This document shows positions 35,865 through 47,024 of a stretch of 50,978 bases of DNA, piece after piece; positions within the stretch are counted from its first letter, which is position 1; each line of letters starts with the position of its first letter. Under the pieces are notes generated by a model. The model did no database searches and was not told where the DNA came from. It saw only the letters and a list, made by a program, of their open reading frames with translations. Source of the DNA: a virus; IMG/VR virus record IMGVR_UViG_2802429591_000001, positions 1 through 50,978 of that record. One strand, 5' to 3'. A program made the translations under genes and the position numbers.

Positions 35865-38090
35865 ATGGTAGAAAAAGAAATAGGAAAAGGAACTGTAATA
35901 GATGGAAAAGCCACTACAAACTGTGTAATCGATAATAGTATAAATGTAGGTGATTATGAATTAACTGCAGAGTACTTAGAAAACACAGTATATAATGGAA
36001 GTACATGTAAAGCAATTCTAAGTGTAGGATATAATATAACAGTCTTTGCACCTGATGTTTATTATTGGGAAAATAGATTAGATGATGTAAGAGCAAAAGG
36101 ATACTTCTATGCAGGTGTTAAACCAATAGAAGAAGGTAGATGTCGTATAAGTATGGATGGATATACACCTCCAACTTCTCCTAAATATCAGATAACAGCA
36201 GGTCAGATAAGTACTGTAAGACTTGGTGGAAATACAACAGAACAAACTATATTAAATCTTATTTATACTGGTAGTGAAGAAAAACATTTTAATCCGGGAG
36301 AAAGTAATAATTTTTATGTTCATGAATTACCTATAGAAGGAATAATTGATCCTGGCAATCCTAGTATTACTGATTTTAATAAACGTGTAGATACAAATAA
36401 TTTTTATCCTACTGTGATATGTGGTTGTACTGCTGTTAATCCATATGATAATACAAATTGTGTAATTAATGTACGTGTTGTTAATAGTAAAAATTCATCA
36501 CAACATCCTACTGATGGATGGATAAGAATAGAGGTAGATGGAACTCTTACTGATTGGGTTCGTGTTGATAATGATGGTATGGTATCATTTGAACAAGCAC
36601 CACCAATTACACAAGGATCATATGAAATTAAATGTTATTATAAGGCTGAAAATACTAGTAAATGGAATAATGGAATTGGTACAGGTGCATTAATTGTAAG
36701 TTCATATGAACCTAATATAGATTATCCAACAGCAACTAGTGTGGAAAATGAATATAGTGGAAATCGTGGAGATACTGTTGAAGTTATATGTCGATTTTAT
36801 CAACCAGATGGAAATCTTACACCTGTAAATGGTGGACGTGCTTCTATTTATATTGATGATAATCTTTACACATGGGATAATGGAGAAACTAAGCTTGTAA
36901 GTGTATCTAATTCAAATGCTTATAATTATAAAGATACTTATTTTGGAAAAGGTTGGGCTGTATTTAGATTAACACTTCCTGATACTGAAGATTTCTTAGA
37001 AGGTGGACATGTAATTAAAGTTCTTTATTATGATCCAAGTGGAGAAGTATATACTTATAATGATATTGCAAGATTGTATCTACGTCGTCCTACAATGATT
37101 ACTTTTAATAATGCAAATAGTCGTGTAACAACTGATAATAATGGTGTTGTTGAAGAATCTCAAATTTATTATGTTGATGTTAATCAAGTAACATTTGAAG
37201 TAGGAACAGATATAGAACATACAGGAATACCTAAAGTAACTGTGGGTGAAGGGGAAGTACTTATAGCATATGATAATATTAATGCAACTTTACCTGGTGG
37301 TGATTCTTCAGATGAAGATTTAGAGGAAACGGAAAACTTAGTAATCACACATGATATGGATATGAGTAATATATGGTATCCTGTGTTAAATGTAACAATA
37401 ACTGATGAACAAGGTGAAGCACTACCTGATATGAATGTATCTCTAAGTATAGATGGAAATAAAGAAATTTTAGTTACTGATACTGATGGTATTGTAACAA
37501 AAACTATTCAATCACCTGATAATGCTTCTATTGAAATTAAATGTGGTGGGGAACATACAAATTATAATGAAAATGTAAAAACAATTGATTTCGTACCTCA
37601 AAAAACTACACTTACATTTAATGAAGAAATTGGTGGTGGAGATGGTCGTTCAAATATTTACTTTAAAAATATTAATAATGGAAATGATTATGTAGGATAT
37701 CATAATGATGAAGATCCTGGTAGTTTTGAAAATAGTGTAACTAATGAACAATTTAAAGGAACTAGTAGTGATGATATGACTTATAATCTTGTATATGATA
37801 ATTCAAATCCTATGACTATTACATACAGTGCTAAAGAAATTGTCTTTGAATTTACTTCTAGGAAAGATAATAGTGTAAAAACTGTTACACTTGATATAAG
37901 TGATCAAGATATGAGTAATTATAGATTTACATGTAATGCAAGAGGATCAATTACTTTAACTGATTTCAAAGTAAATGGTGCTGAAAATGATCATGTATTT
38001 GATGAAGGATATTGGGCTGGAAGTGTTACAATTTCTACAGAAAATAAATCTATTAAGTTTGGAAATGCTTATTGTAATTTATTCCACTAG
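35865..38090 (+). CDS. Adhesin-like protein with Ig-like repeats
   Basis: Repeated G.Y...A.Y.....Y..S.G.G.L.V beta-sandwich pattern, and VTDTDG. Confidence 0.7.
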   Translation: MVEKEIGKGTVIDGKATTNCVIDNSINVGDYELTAEYLENTVYNGSTCKAILSVGYNITVFAPDVYYWENRLDDVRAKGYFYAGVKPIEEGRCRISMDGYTPPTSPKYQITAGQISTVRLGGNTTEQTILNLIYTGSEEKHFNPGESNNFYVHELPIEGIIDPGNPSITDFNKRVDTNNFYPTVICGCTAVNPYDNTNCVINVRVVNSKNSSQHPTDGWIRIEVDGTLTDWVRVDNDGMVSFEQAPPITQGSYEIKCYYKAENTSKWNNGIGTGALIVSSYEPNIDYPTATSVENEYSGNRGDTVEVICRFYQPDGNLTPVNGGRASIYIDDNLYTWDNGETKLVSVSNSNAYNYKDTYFGKGWAVFRLTLPDTEDFLEGGHVIKVLYYDPSGEVYTYNDIARLYLRRPTMITFNNANSRVTTDNNGVVEESQIYYVDVNQVTFEVGTDIEHTGIPKVTVGEGEVLIAYDNINATLPGGDSSDEDLEETENLVITHDMDMSNIWYPVLNVTITDEQGEALPDMNVSLSIDGNKEILVTDTDGIVTKTIQSPDNASIEIKCGGEHTNYNENVKTIDFVPQKTTLTFNEEIGGGDGRSNIYFKNINNGNDYVGYHNDEDPGSFENSVTNEQFKGTSSDDMTYNLVYDNSNPMTITYSAKEIVFEFTSRKDNSVKTVTLDISDQDMSNYRFTCNARGSITLTDFKVNGAENDHVFDEGYWAGSVTISTENKSIKFGNAYCNLFH

Positions 38091-38190
38091 AAAAGGGAGA
38101 ACAAAAAAAATAGAAAATTATGGAATTATAAAAATTTGATTTATTTTTTTCATAATTTATACTTTTTTTTATTTTGAGGTGAAAAGAAAA

Positions 38191-41100
38191 TTGTATATAA
38201 AAATAAATAAAGCATATATAGGAGTAAGTCCACGTGAAAACTACTTAACAGTATATGCAGATATAGAATCAGATGATCCACAATCAAAAGATATAATATT
38301 TCAAATAGATCCAAGTGAATATGCACCTATAAACTTTCCTAAAATAACATTACCACGTGCAGGAACATCTATAGAAGGGGTTTATAGATGGGAAAATGTA
38401 CAAGTAGGGCATGTAAATAAAAATAGTCAAGGAATTAATTTTCCATTAATATGGGAGTATCAATTAAATTTATTATATGAAGGAGAAACTTATGATTCAT
38501 ATAATACAGGAATCAGTAAAATATTAGGACGTGGGATTGTCCATAATGGAAAAGCAACAGCTAATATAACACAATCATTCAGAGAAGAGCCAGATGATGA
38601 AGACCTGGATGGTGAATACACATGTATGAATGCTGGAACACAATTCATAGAAGCAAGATATATACAAAATGGAAAATATATGGGAACTAAAGCAATTGGA
38701 GTAATTGATATAAATAATGTATATAATTTTAAAGTATATCAACTTGCAAATCGTATAATTAATGAACAAGAAAAATTAGTCATAAGATTAGTAGTACATG
38801 ATGTAACAAGAGGAACACTTACAGATCGTGAACCAGGGTATTATTATATTGATTATTATAATACAAGTGGAACATTTATAGAAACATTACAATTAACAAA
38901 AGAAATAGACCCCGAAGATCCAACAAAGAAATGTTACATGTATGATTTACTATTAGATAAAGCTGAAGTAGAACAAGAAGGAATATATCATACTTATACT
39001 TTTAAATGCTCAGATAACAAAGGACAAGAACATGTAGTAAATGATAAAAGAATAGACATAACAACACCACATATAAGTAATATAACTTATTTAAATGATA
39101 ATTTTAACAATATATATAAGCCTGGTGAAACAATTAACATAGATGCAGTACTTGAAGATCAAAGTCAGACCATTACAGATAATTATGGAAATACTAGACA
39201 ATTACCATTAAGTGGAAGAACTGTATACATAGGACTTATGTCAAATCATAAAGACCCAAATTATCCAAATAATGATTCACAAAAAAGTAATGAAATAACA
39301 ATAACAACTGATGCAAATGGAGAAATACATACAACATATACAATAAAAGAAAATGCTTATAAAACTATTGATAATGTTGAATTAAACCCAAATACATACT
39401 ATGTATATATAAGATATCCTGGAGAAAAAAATACTGATACAAATAGAATTATAATGAATCCTAGTTTAGCTATAACAAATACAAATGGATTTAATATGCA
39501 ATTTTGGGATATGGAAATCAAACCATCAACAATACTAAGAATAGATGCAGATAATAATATACAATTCACACAACAATATCTCAAAAAGGGTACAGCAACA
39601 GTAATGAACAATATGAATGCAAATAGTAAAATTATAAATCAGAAAGGGGTGCTAATAGACAATCAAACACTCAAAACTGATGCAAATGGAGAATGTACTT
39701 ATAATTTTACAAATACATCAAAATATAGTGAAAATAAGTATACTTTACAAATTAAAGGAACTCATACAAATAAGAAAAATGTGCAAGATAATGTTATAAC
39801 AAGGGAATTATTTTATAGACATAAAGTCAAAGGTAATGTAACAATTACACCAAAGGAAACTTCTAATTTACAAGTAGGAAAACCTATAATTGCTAAATGT
39901 ACATTAGGAGATTTAAAACCATTAAATAATACATTAGAATATCAAATACTAGTCTCACAAAACATTAATGGAACAAATAAAACAGTATATTCTACTTCAA
40001 AACAAACATACACAGTAAAAAATGTGGATAACCCACAGAATGAAGAAATAAGTTACACATTCTCACCAAATAATTTAATAGCAGGCAATGCAACTGTAAC
40101 ATTTAAATTTTTTGAAAATGAATATACCTTAACCACTGAATTAAGCACTGATGGAACTTTTACTATACCTAGTGGTATTAATTGTAGTGATGTACGAATA
40201 ACATATGGAGAAACAGCTCATATTCAAGCAACATGTAGTGATGTACTCACTAAACCTGTAACTGTAACACTACTAAAAACATCGGGAGAAACAATTAATG
40301 TTGGTACAACTTCTCAAAAAACTGATAAAACTATAACTTTTGATATACCTAAGTCATATGTGGATCAAGCAGCAATAAATTCTCAAGGAAATAGGGCCGA
40401 TGAAGTAGGATATTATATAACAACAAATAGTGTTGATGGTGGAGTAAAATCAAACACGGCAAAAATACGAATATATAATGATGTAACATTAGGAATAAGT
40501 AATTATAAAAAATACATTTATAACAATAAAAATAATCCTCAAACATATACATATGAATATAATATAAATTGTAGTGCTAAACGTGGACGAATACACGCTT
40601 ATATTGCAACCATTGATGGAAACAGTAAATATTATCTTCCATCATTTAACATTGAAGATGGTACACAACAAAAAGTACAACTAACAGCAAAATATATTAA
40701 AAGTGGAGTGGATTATAATCTTTATCTACAATATGAACCACCAAATGATTCATATTATAATAGTGCACAGGCAATTATTTATAAAGTATTATGGATCAAA
40801 GAAGATCCTCATTTAACATTTATTGCTCCTACTATTATGAATGCTGGTGATTGTTATGTAAGACATGAATATCCAAGTACTCTTAGTCCTACACCAACAG
40901 GAACGATAACATATACTGTAGATAATGCTAGTTGGAATGGAAATATTGGTGAAAGTAAAATAATTGATTTTAGTAGTGTACGGGGAAAAACAAAAACAAT
41001 TAATATAAGATATAATGGGGATGCTTATTATTATCCTATTGAAACTAGTTTAAATGTAACTGTACGAAAACAACCTACAATATCAATAACAGTTGATCCA

Positions 41101-42228
41101 GCAAGTGAAATAACTAAAGGAGATACACGTAATGTTACAGTACAAGTTTTATATGAAGGTTCATTAATAAATAATCTTCTTAGTGCAGCTTTAACAACTC
41201 CATCGGGTAAAAGTATAACATTATGTGATAATCAAAGTGGATCTGGTAAATATACTTGGAAATATAAATTTGATGAAAGTGGAACTTATAATATAACAGC
41301 ACGTGTTCCTAATTATGATATATATGAATCTCGTATAGGTGGAATAAGTATAACTGTTAAAGAACCTCCAAAACAAGAAGAAACTCCAACTACTACGCCG
41401 GTAGTTGAAAAGTATATAACTGGAAGTAATATTCTAAAAGCAGTGACAGAGGGAAATGCAAGCACTCAATTTAATGACTTATACAAAGCAAATAATAGTA
41501 AAGAAATAGTTGTATTAATTGGAGAAAATAATGGATTTGATTCACGGATACCAGGACTTAAAAAGTTATGTGAACTTAAAAAATCAAGCTCAGATTACAA
41601 ACCAAATATATATGCTTTTGTAGTTTGTTATAATTTCAATGCAGCAGGGGATCAATTTGATAATTTCATAGATCCTGGATTTACTCAATTATCACGAAGT
41701 ACAAATCGTGATGAAACATTAGTAGCACAACTAAAACGTATTGCTCAAATTGATGGATTAACAGGAGTAATAATAGCTGGTGTAAGACCTGCAAATAATG
41801 TATCAACAAATAGTAATTATGTAACTGAAGCTAATGCTATACATACTACATTTGTAAATGCTATTAAAGAAATTAATCCTAATTTGAAACTTGGAGTATA
41901 TGCTTTAACACCTTATAAAGATATTGCAACTAATAAAGGAAGACAAGGGGTTGATGTGGAGACACTTCAAAGTCTTTATAATTTTATATTACTTAATCCT
42001 ACAATTGATTCAAGCATGACTACTGGACAATATAAAAGTAGTGAAGTTACAAGTGACAATATTAAAACATGGTATAATGGACGTGTAAAAAATTTTGTTA
42101 ATGCTGTAACAAATAAGAATTGTCAAGTAGTAGCTATGATTAATCGTTCAAAAACAAGTGTGATAAGTCTTAATGATCAAAAAGCACCTTATCCTAGTGG
42201 ACATGCAAATATATACTTTAATAACTAA
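38191..42228 (+). CDS. Large adhesin-like / receptor-binding protein: Ig-like repeats plus C-terminal TIM-barrel-like domain
   Basis: Many TDANG / Y.G...Y Ig-like repeats. C-terminal alpha/beta domain (GLTGVIIAGVRP, IKEINPNLKLGVY, QGVD). RBS GAGGTGA favours TTG 38191 over GTG 38179. Confidence 0.7.
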   Translation: MYIKINKAYIGVSPRENYLTVYADIESDDPQSKDIIFQIDPSEYAPINFPKITLPRAGTSIEGVYRWENVQVGHVNKNSQGINFPLIWEYQLNLLYEGETYDSYNTGISKILGRGIVHNGKATANITQSFREEPDDEDLDGEYTCMNAGTQFIEARYIQNGKYMGTKAIGVIDINNVYNFKVYQLANRIINEQEKLVIRLVVHDVTRGTLTDREPGYYYIDYYNTSGTFIETLQLTKEIDPEDPTKKCYMYDLLLDKAEVEQEGIYHTYTFKCSDNKGQEHVVNDKRIDITTPHISNITYLNDNFNNIYKPGETINIDAVLEDQSQTITDNYGNTRQLPLSGRTVYIGLMSNHKDPNYPNNDSQKSNEITITTDANGEIHTTYTIKENAYKTIDNVELNPNTYYVYIRYPGEKNTDTNRIIMNPSLAITNTNGFNMQFWDMEIKPSTILRIDADNNIQFTQQYLKKGTATVMNNMNANSKIINQKGVLIDNQTLKTDANGECTYNFTNTSKYSENKYTLQIKGTHTNKKNVQDNVITRELFYRHKVKGNVTITPKETSNLQVGKPIIAKCTLGDLKPLNNTLEYQILVSQNINGTNKTVYSTSKQTYTVKNVDNPQNEEISYTFSPNNLIAGNATVTFKFFENEYTLTTELSTDGTFTIPSGINCSDVRITYGETAHIQATCSDVLTKPVTVTLLKTSGETINVGTTSQKTDKTITFDIPKSYVDQAAINSQGNRADEVGYYITTNSVDGGVKSNTAKIRIYNDVTLGISNYKKYIYNNKNNPQTYTYEYNINCSAKRGRIHAYIATIDGNSKYYLPSFNIEDGTQQKVQLTAKYIKSGVDYNLYLQYEPPNDSYYNSAQAIIYKVLWIKEDPHLTFIAPTIMNAGDCYVRHEYPSTLSPTPTGTITYTVDNASWNGNIGESKIIDFSSVRGKTKTINIRYNGDAYYYPIETSLNVTVRKQPTISITVDPASEITKGDTRNVTVQVLYEGSLINNLLSAALTTPSGKSITLCDNQSGSGKYTWKYKFDESGTYNITARVPNYDIYESRIGGISITVKEPPKQEETPTTTPVVEKYITGSNILKAVTEGNASTQFNDLYKANNSKEIVVLIGENNGFDSRIPGLKKLCELKKSSSDYKPNIYAFVVCYNFNAAGDQFDNFIDPGFTQLSRSTNRDETLVAQLKRIAQIDGLTGVIIAGVRPANNVSTNSNYVTEANAIHTTFVNAIKEINPNLKLGVYALTPYKDIATNKGRQGVDVETLQSLYNFILLNPTIDSSMTTGQYKSSEVTSDNIKTWYNGRVKNFVNAVTNKNCQVVAMINRSKTSVISLNDQKAPYPSGHANIYFNN

Positions 42229-42251
42229 ATAATTTGGAGGATTGTTAAAAA

Positions 42252-43688
42252 GTGTCATTTATAAGATTAGATAACACAGAAGTAACACGAAGTAGTATAA
42301 TTGAACGTATGATAATGTTCTATAAAGAACGATATGGTGAAGATTTAACTGAAGTTTGTGATCTTGCCGATGGAAGTGAAATGAGAACATTACTTGAAAG
42401 TATTGCAGTAGAAATTTATGATTTATATTACCAGGATGATGTGAGTTGTAGACAAGCATTTGTAAAAACAGCTGTAGGATATTATCTTGATATGAAAGGA
42501 TGTGAATTTCATCTTACACGTTCACCATCTGCACAATCTACAGGATATTTAAATTTTAGTTTTAAAAGTGGACCTATTACAGTTGATTATACTATTCCTC
42601 AAGGATTAATGGTACTTGACCGTAAAACGGGTAATGAATATTATACAACTAGTAGTATGGATATTAAAGCGGGTGAACTTGAAGTAGATGTGCCTGCTAT
42701 TAGTGTTCTTGAAGGTCTTGATTATAATTGTGAAACTGGAAGACTTACAGCATTTAAGAATATGAGTCAAGTTCGTGGTGATTTACAAGTTACTAATAAA
42801 ACTGCTTTTACTGGAGGGCGTAATGCTGAGACAGATGAGCATTTTAGACAACGTATTCTTGAAGCTATGAAAAGTGAAGCATTTGGTACAGTTCAAAGTT
42901 ATACTAATGCACTTGAAAATATAGAGGGTATTCATGATGTAGCTTTTATTAATCCTAAGGATGTAACAGATCATCTTGTAGGTGGTAAACGTTGCACAGC
43001 ATGTACACGTGTATGTTATATTAATTCAAGTAATAAAACTAAGATTAATAATAATGATAGTACTAATAATACGAATAAACCTGTAGATTATGAATCAGCA
43101 GATGAAGATATGCTTTTTAAGGTTACAAATTATTTTACAAATCAAGATAATCTTGTTATTGGACATAGTTTTCATGTATCTGCTTGTAATTGTAGACGTC
43201 TTTATTTTAAAATTGAAGCATATACAAGTTTAAGTAATATAGATACTGATGAAATTATGAAAGCTCTTCGTACATATTTTGATGGTGGAACATATGGTGG
43301 AATGATTTATCCCGGTTTAGGTATTGGTGAGGCTGTACGTATGTATGGACTTATTGATGTGCTTGAACGCGTGCCAGGTATTGAACAAGTAGTAAATATT
43401 CTTAATATTAATTATCGTACTACTTATCCTGAAAATGCTAAGTGGGAACAACTTGGAAATGAAACGGATTGGGTATGGACTGATAGTATGGGTTTTACTT
43501 ATCGTAAAGCTACTAAAGATGGAAAACCATCTGCACAGTGGGGAGAAAGACGTTTTAGAACCCTTACTGTTCCAGTAAATTATGTAGCTTATCTTGATTC
43601 TATGAAGAATAGTAGTCAAGATAGTAATAGTCCTGATATTTTATTCGAATCTATAGGTACTGTTCCACCTACTGAAAGAGGAAACTAA
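42252..43688 (+). CDS. Baseplate J-like wedge protein
   Basis: TAVGYYLD.KG...LTR, GLDYNCETG and FTGGRNAETDEHFRQRILEA. Confidence 0.9.
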   Translation: MSFIRLDNTEVTRSSIIERMIMFYKERYGEDLTEVCDLADGSEMRTLLESIAVEIYDLYYQDDVSCRQAFVKTAVGYYLDMKGCEFHLTRSPSAQSTGYLNFSFKSGPITVDYTIPQGLMVLDRKTGNEYYTTSSMDIKAGELEVDVPAISVLEGLDYNCETGRLTAFKNMSQVRGDLQVTNKTAFTGGRNAETDEHFRQRILEAMKSEAFGTVQSYTNALENIEGIHDVAFINPKDVTDHLVGGKRCTACTRVCYINSSNKTKINNNDSTNNTNKPVDYESADEDMLFKVTNYFTNQDNLVIGHSFHVSACNCRRLYFKIEAYTSLSNIDTDEIMKALRTYFDGGTYGGMIYPGLGIGEAVRMYGLIDVLERVPGIEQVVNILNINYRTTYPENAKWEQLGNETDWVWTDSMGFTYRKATKDGKPSAQWGERRFRTLTVPVNYVAYLDSMKNSSQDSNSPDILFESIGTVPPTERGN

Positions 43689-43781
43689 AAAATTAAAGGA
43701 GGATATTATGTTAGGGGATTTGTAAGGTTTTATTAACATGATTACAACCTCTAACAAAAATATTCAATAAAGAAAGTTGAA

Positions 43782-44300
43782 ATGATGGATAATTTAAGGT
43801 GGTGTATAAAAGAAATGTCTGTAAGATGGAAAACAATAGTAAATAGATTACATCCCGAAACAGGATTAAAAGATAAGGATAATCAAGTATCTAAAATATT
43901 TGATCCAGTAATAGGTAAAAGTCTTGATAACTTTAACGAATACATAGATATTAGTGTACAAAATAGATTTTTACTAACAGCTACAGGAAAATATCTAGAT
44001 AAAATAGGGGAAGATCATAGTATGCCCCGGGTATCTGGTGAAACAGATAATGAATATAGACAAAGAATTCTAAATAGTATGGATCAAAAATTAACAGTAA
44101 GATACTGTAAAAATAGAGGATTAATGCTATGGAGTATTAAAGGAATAAATAGCAATATACGTGGTCAACTTTCAAGCATAAACACATATACTTCAGCACA
44201 ATATGCAGCTATTCCACGTAACACATCAGGTGAAAAATTTCTTAAAAATAGTCTGATATGGAATCATATAATACAGATATATCAACAAGGATGGAAGTAG
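43782..44300 (+). CDS. Baseplate wedge protein (gpI/gp48-like)
   Basis: ATGKYLDKIG...PRVSGETDNEYRQRIL, directly after gpJ. Confidence 0.7.
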   Translation: MMDNLRWCIKEMSVRWKTIVNRLHPETGLKDKDNQVSKIFDPVIGKSLDNFNEYIDISVQNRFLLTATGKYLDKIGEDHSMPRVSGETDNEYRQRILNSMDQKLTVRYCKNRGLMLWSIKGINSNIRGQLSSINTYTSAQYAAIPRNTSGEKFLKNSLIWNHIIQIYQQGWK

Positions 44301-44307
44301 ATAAAAA

Positions 44308-46521
44308 ATGGTAATGCTAGAAAATAACCCTGCACACGTAGAACATATTAATCAAATCATTTATAATAATAAAGAATTTGATATGTGGTATTGTTTTGAT
44401 ACTGCAGAATTATTAAGACAACATCCTAAATTTGGGCGTTATGATTCAAATAATCCAGGTTATTCTAAAATAACAACTAATGTAATTGATATAAGATATG
44501 ATTTTTTACTTGTAAACATTATAAATAAGGGTAGTCATTATGTATATCGTTTTGATGTGCGTAACACATTATGGGATGGAAAATATCGTATAAGTCATAG
44601 TATGAGACCAGATGAACCACATCAAGGAGTGGTAGTAACTAAAGATTCTGAAGATCCTAACATACTTGAAATAAATATTGATAGTCATAATCTTGACCAA
44701 GCAGACTTACGTGTATGTTTTCATATGACACAAAAAGCAGATAGTAGAAGTATTGATGATAATTGTATTATTATTAATAATGAATCATATTACAGTGATC
44801 CATGTAGTCAAAATGTTAAACATAAAGGACATGTCTATATAAGTGGTACAACTAGTGTAGATACATATGATAGTCTTACACCATGCTCCAATTGTAATAT
44901 AAAATTAGAACCATGTGATGTTAATGGAAATATAATCAATGGTGGATTATTAAAACAAGAAGATCTTTCAAACAATAAGGGTGAGTATAATATTACATAT
45001 AGTAAAGTTAAAAAGCCTGGCGATTACTATGTGAAATTAACAGCATTTAAAGAAGTAGGAGTAAATAATACACTATTAACTGCTACACAAATAGTAAAAG
45101 TAAATAAATATCAAGATTGTAAAATTGGTGTGGATCTAGATAATATTGGACGTGTTTATAAAGGTGAAAAACATTTATTTACTATTAACTGTGGTCTTGA
45201 AAATAAACTAGGAGTAATTGATCCTGACAGAGTAAATGAAATAAAAGGATTAACAGCAAGTATAACGGTTAAATTTGCTGGAACAAGTCAAACATGTAGT
45301 TGTACAATTGATGAAAAAGGTCAAATAAGTGGAAGAATTAACTTTAGACACTACTATGGAGATACAGCTGAACTAAGTGTAACAATACCGGATCAAGGAG
45401 AATTTCCACAATCAAGTGCAAAGAAAACTATAAAATTAGATTGGTATTATGCAGATACACCAAAAGATATTATAGACACATGTAAAGATGAAAATGCAAC
45501 TGATTTTATAATGATAAAAGCAAAAGATTATGATATGAGTACAGATCGTGTTGTAATTAATCGTGATATGACTCTTTGTGGGGTACAGGGGAAAAATTGG
45601 GCTACACTTATTGGACGTGGAACTAATCAAAACAATACTAATAGTATACTTAGTATACGTGGTGGAAATAGTCCAGATGGAAAAGTTCAAGTACACTTAG
45701 TAGGACTTAAATTTAAGAATGGAAACAATGCTATTTATATGTATGAAAATACAGATTTACGTTGCTATTATTGTTACTTCCTTAATAACATGCACCCATC
45801 ACTTAATAATAAAGGATCAAGTATATTTAATGTAGTAAATGAAAGAACTAAGAAAGAAAGTAAGCATTTTAAAAATATTATTGATTCATGTTACTTCTAT
45901 AACAATTTTGGTAATGAAATATGTGTATGTGGTAATACAAATATTACAAATTGTTTATTTGTTACAAATGAAGCAAATAAATTAGTTAACCCTGAACCTA
46001 AGGTACTTGAAATATATAATGGTGCAACTACTTATAAGAACAATAAAAGTCACATCAAAGTGTACAGCACTGTATACACAAAAAACCATGCTTGGGCTAA
46101 ATTATTATGTTATGTGGGAGAACGTGGAAGTTTTAATGGTGCAACATGTAATATGCTACAAAAACCGAATACACTACCTGTTTTTGGTGAAAAATGGGGA
46201 AATCAAGCATATACATATGCTTTGTATTATTATCCACACTTTGGAATAAATCATAATATTAGTGCAACACCACATAGAGGACGTGAAAGAACATCAACAG
46301 GGCATGTAGGATATCGTTCAAAACCTTATATGTTTGCACAACCAGATGGATATAATTTAATACGTTATTATGGTAAGCGTAGTGGTACTAATACTTATGA
46401 TCCATGGACTAAAAAAGAATTAGCAATGCCGGGAAATCTTGCAATATTTGATAGTAAGACCGGGGCATTTACAGGTACAAATTGGCCCTGGTTTAAGTAT
46501 ACAAATACACAGTGGAGTTAA
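44308..46521 (+). CDS. Tail fibre / adhesin with right-handed beta-helix region
   Basis: INRDMTL.G...ATLIG...V.LVGLKFKNG...CYFLNN...SCYFYNN is a pectin-lyase-like beta-helix pattern. Confidence 0.65.
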   Translation: MVMLENNPAHVEHINQIIYNNKEFDMWYCFDTAELLRQHPKFGRYDSNNPGYSKITTNVIDIRYDFLLVNIINKGSHYVYRFDVRNTLWDGKYRISHSMRPDEPHQGVVVTKDSEDPNILEINIDSHNLDQADLRVCFHMTQKADSRSIDDNCIIINNESYYSDPCSQNVKHKGHVYISGTTSVDTYDSLTPCSNCNIKLEPCDVNGNIINGGLLKQEDLSNNKGEYNITYSKVKKPGDYYVKLTAFKEVGVNNTLLTATQIVKVNKYQDCKIGVDLDNIGRVYKGEKHLFTINCGLENKLGVIDPDRVNEIKGLTASITVKFAGTSQTCSCTIDEKGQISGRINFRHYYGDTAELSVTIPDQGEFPQSSAKKTIKLDWYYADTPKDIIDTCKDENATDFIMIKAKDYDMSTDRVVINRDMTLCGVQGKNWATLIGRGTNQNNTNSILSIRGGNSPDGKVQVHLVGLKFKNGNNAIYMYENTDLRCYYCYFLNNMHPSLNNKGSSIFNVVNERTKKESKHFKNIIDSCYFYNNFGNEICVCGNTNITNCLFVTNEANKLVNPEPKVLEIYNGATTYKNNKSHIKVYSTVYTKNHAWAKLLCYVGERGSFNGATCNMLQKPNTLPVFGEKWGNQAYTYALYYYPHFGINHNISATPHRGRERTSTGHVGYRSKPYMFAQPDGYNLIRYYGKRSGTNTYDPWTKKELAMPGNLAIFDSKTGAFTGTNWPWFKYTNTQWS

Positions 46522-47018
46522 AAAAAAGTAAATTTTTGGAAATGAAAAATATGACTTATTTTAGAAATAAATTTGATGATGAATTTAAAGTCTTATGTGA
46601 ATTTATTGAACCTAAAGGTGGTGTAATACAATTACAAGGACATAATGATTACTATGCACATTTTACAAAAGTAAATGTACGTGATGAAATCAACAGAGCA
46701 AAAACACCAGTAAAAGTAATACCTTTACTTTTATTTAACCATCTTGAAAGTAGTAATAAAAGAAAATACGTAAGTGACATAGATGAAAATGGAAATTTAA
46801 TATATTCACCTGAAGATCAAACAATACCAACAGAGGGCAAATTTCATAATGCTATTGTATGCCATGATCAAGCAGAAACTGAAATATATGCAACATTTGA
46901 TCCTACAATACGTGAAACAATGGAAAGACCTTTCACATGTGATTTTGCTCCACCTGTAGGAGAATATATTACTAGTGAATATGAACAAGAATATAACGTT
47001 GAAGAAGATGAGGAATAG
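46512..47018 (+). CDS. Hypothetical protein
   Basis: ORF in the tail-fibre cluster. The start may be ATG 46542. Confidence 0.6.
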   Translation: MELKKSKFLEMKNMTYFRNKFDDEFKVLCEFIEPKGGVIQLQGHNDYYAHFTKVNVRDEINRAKTPVKVIPLLLFNHLESSNKRKYVSDIDENGNLIYSPEDQTIPTEGKFHNAIVCHDQAETEIYATFDPTIRETMERPFTCDFAPPVGEYITSEYEQEYNVEEDEE

Positions 47019-47024
47019 ATTTTT

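Noticed and set aside
43708-43782. T4 gene 60-like translational hop from the minigene into the gpI-like gene
   Set aside because: The codon before the stop is TTG, and the only nearby TTG (43777) is out of frame with the downstream gene and leads to TGA.
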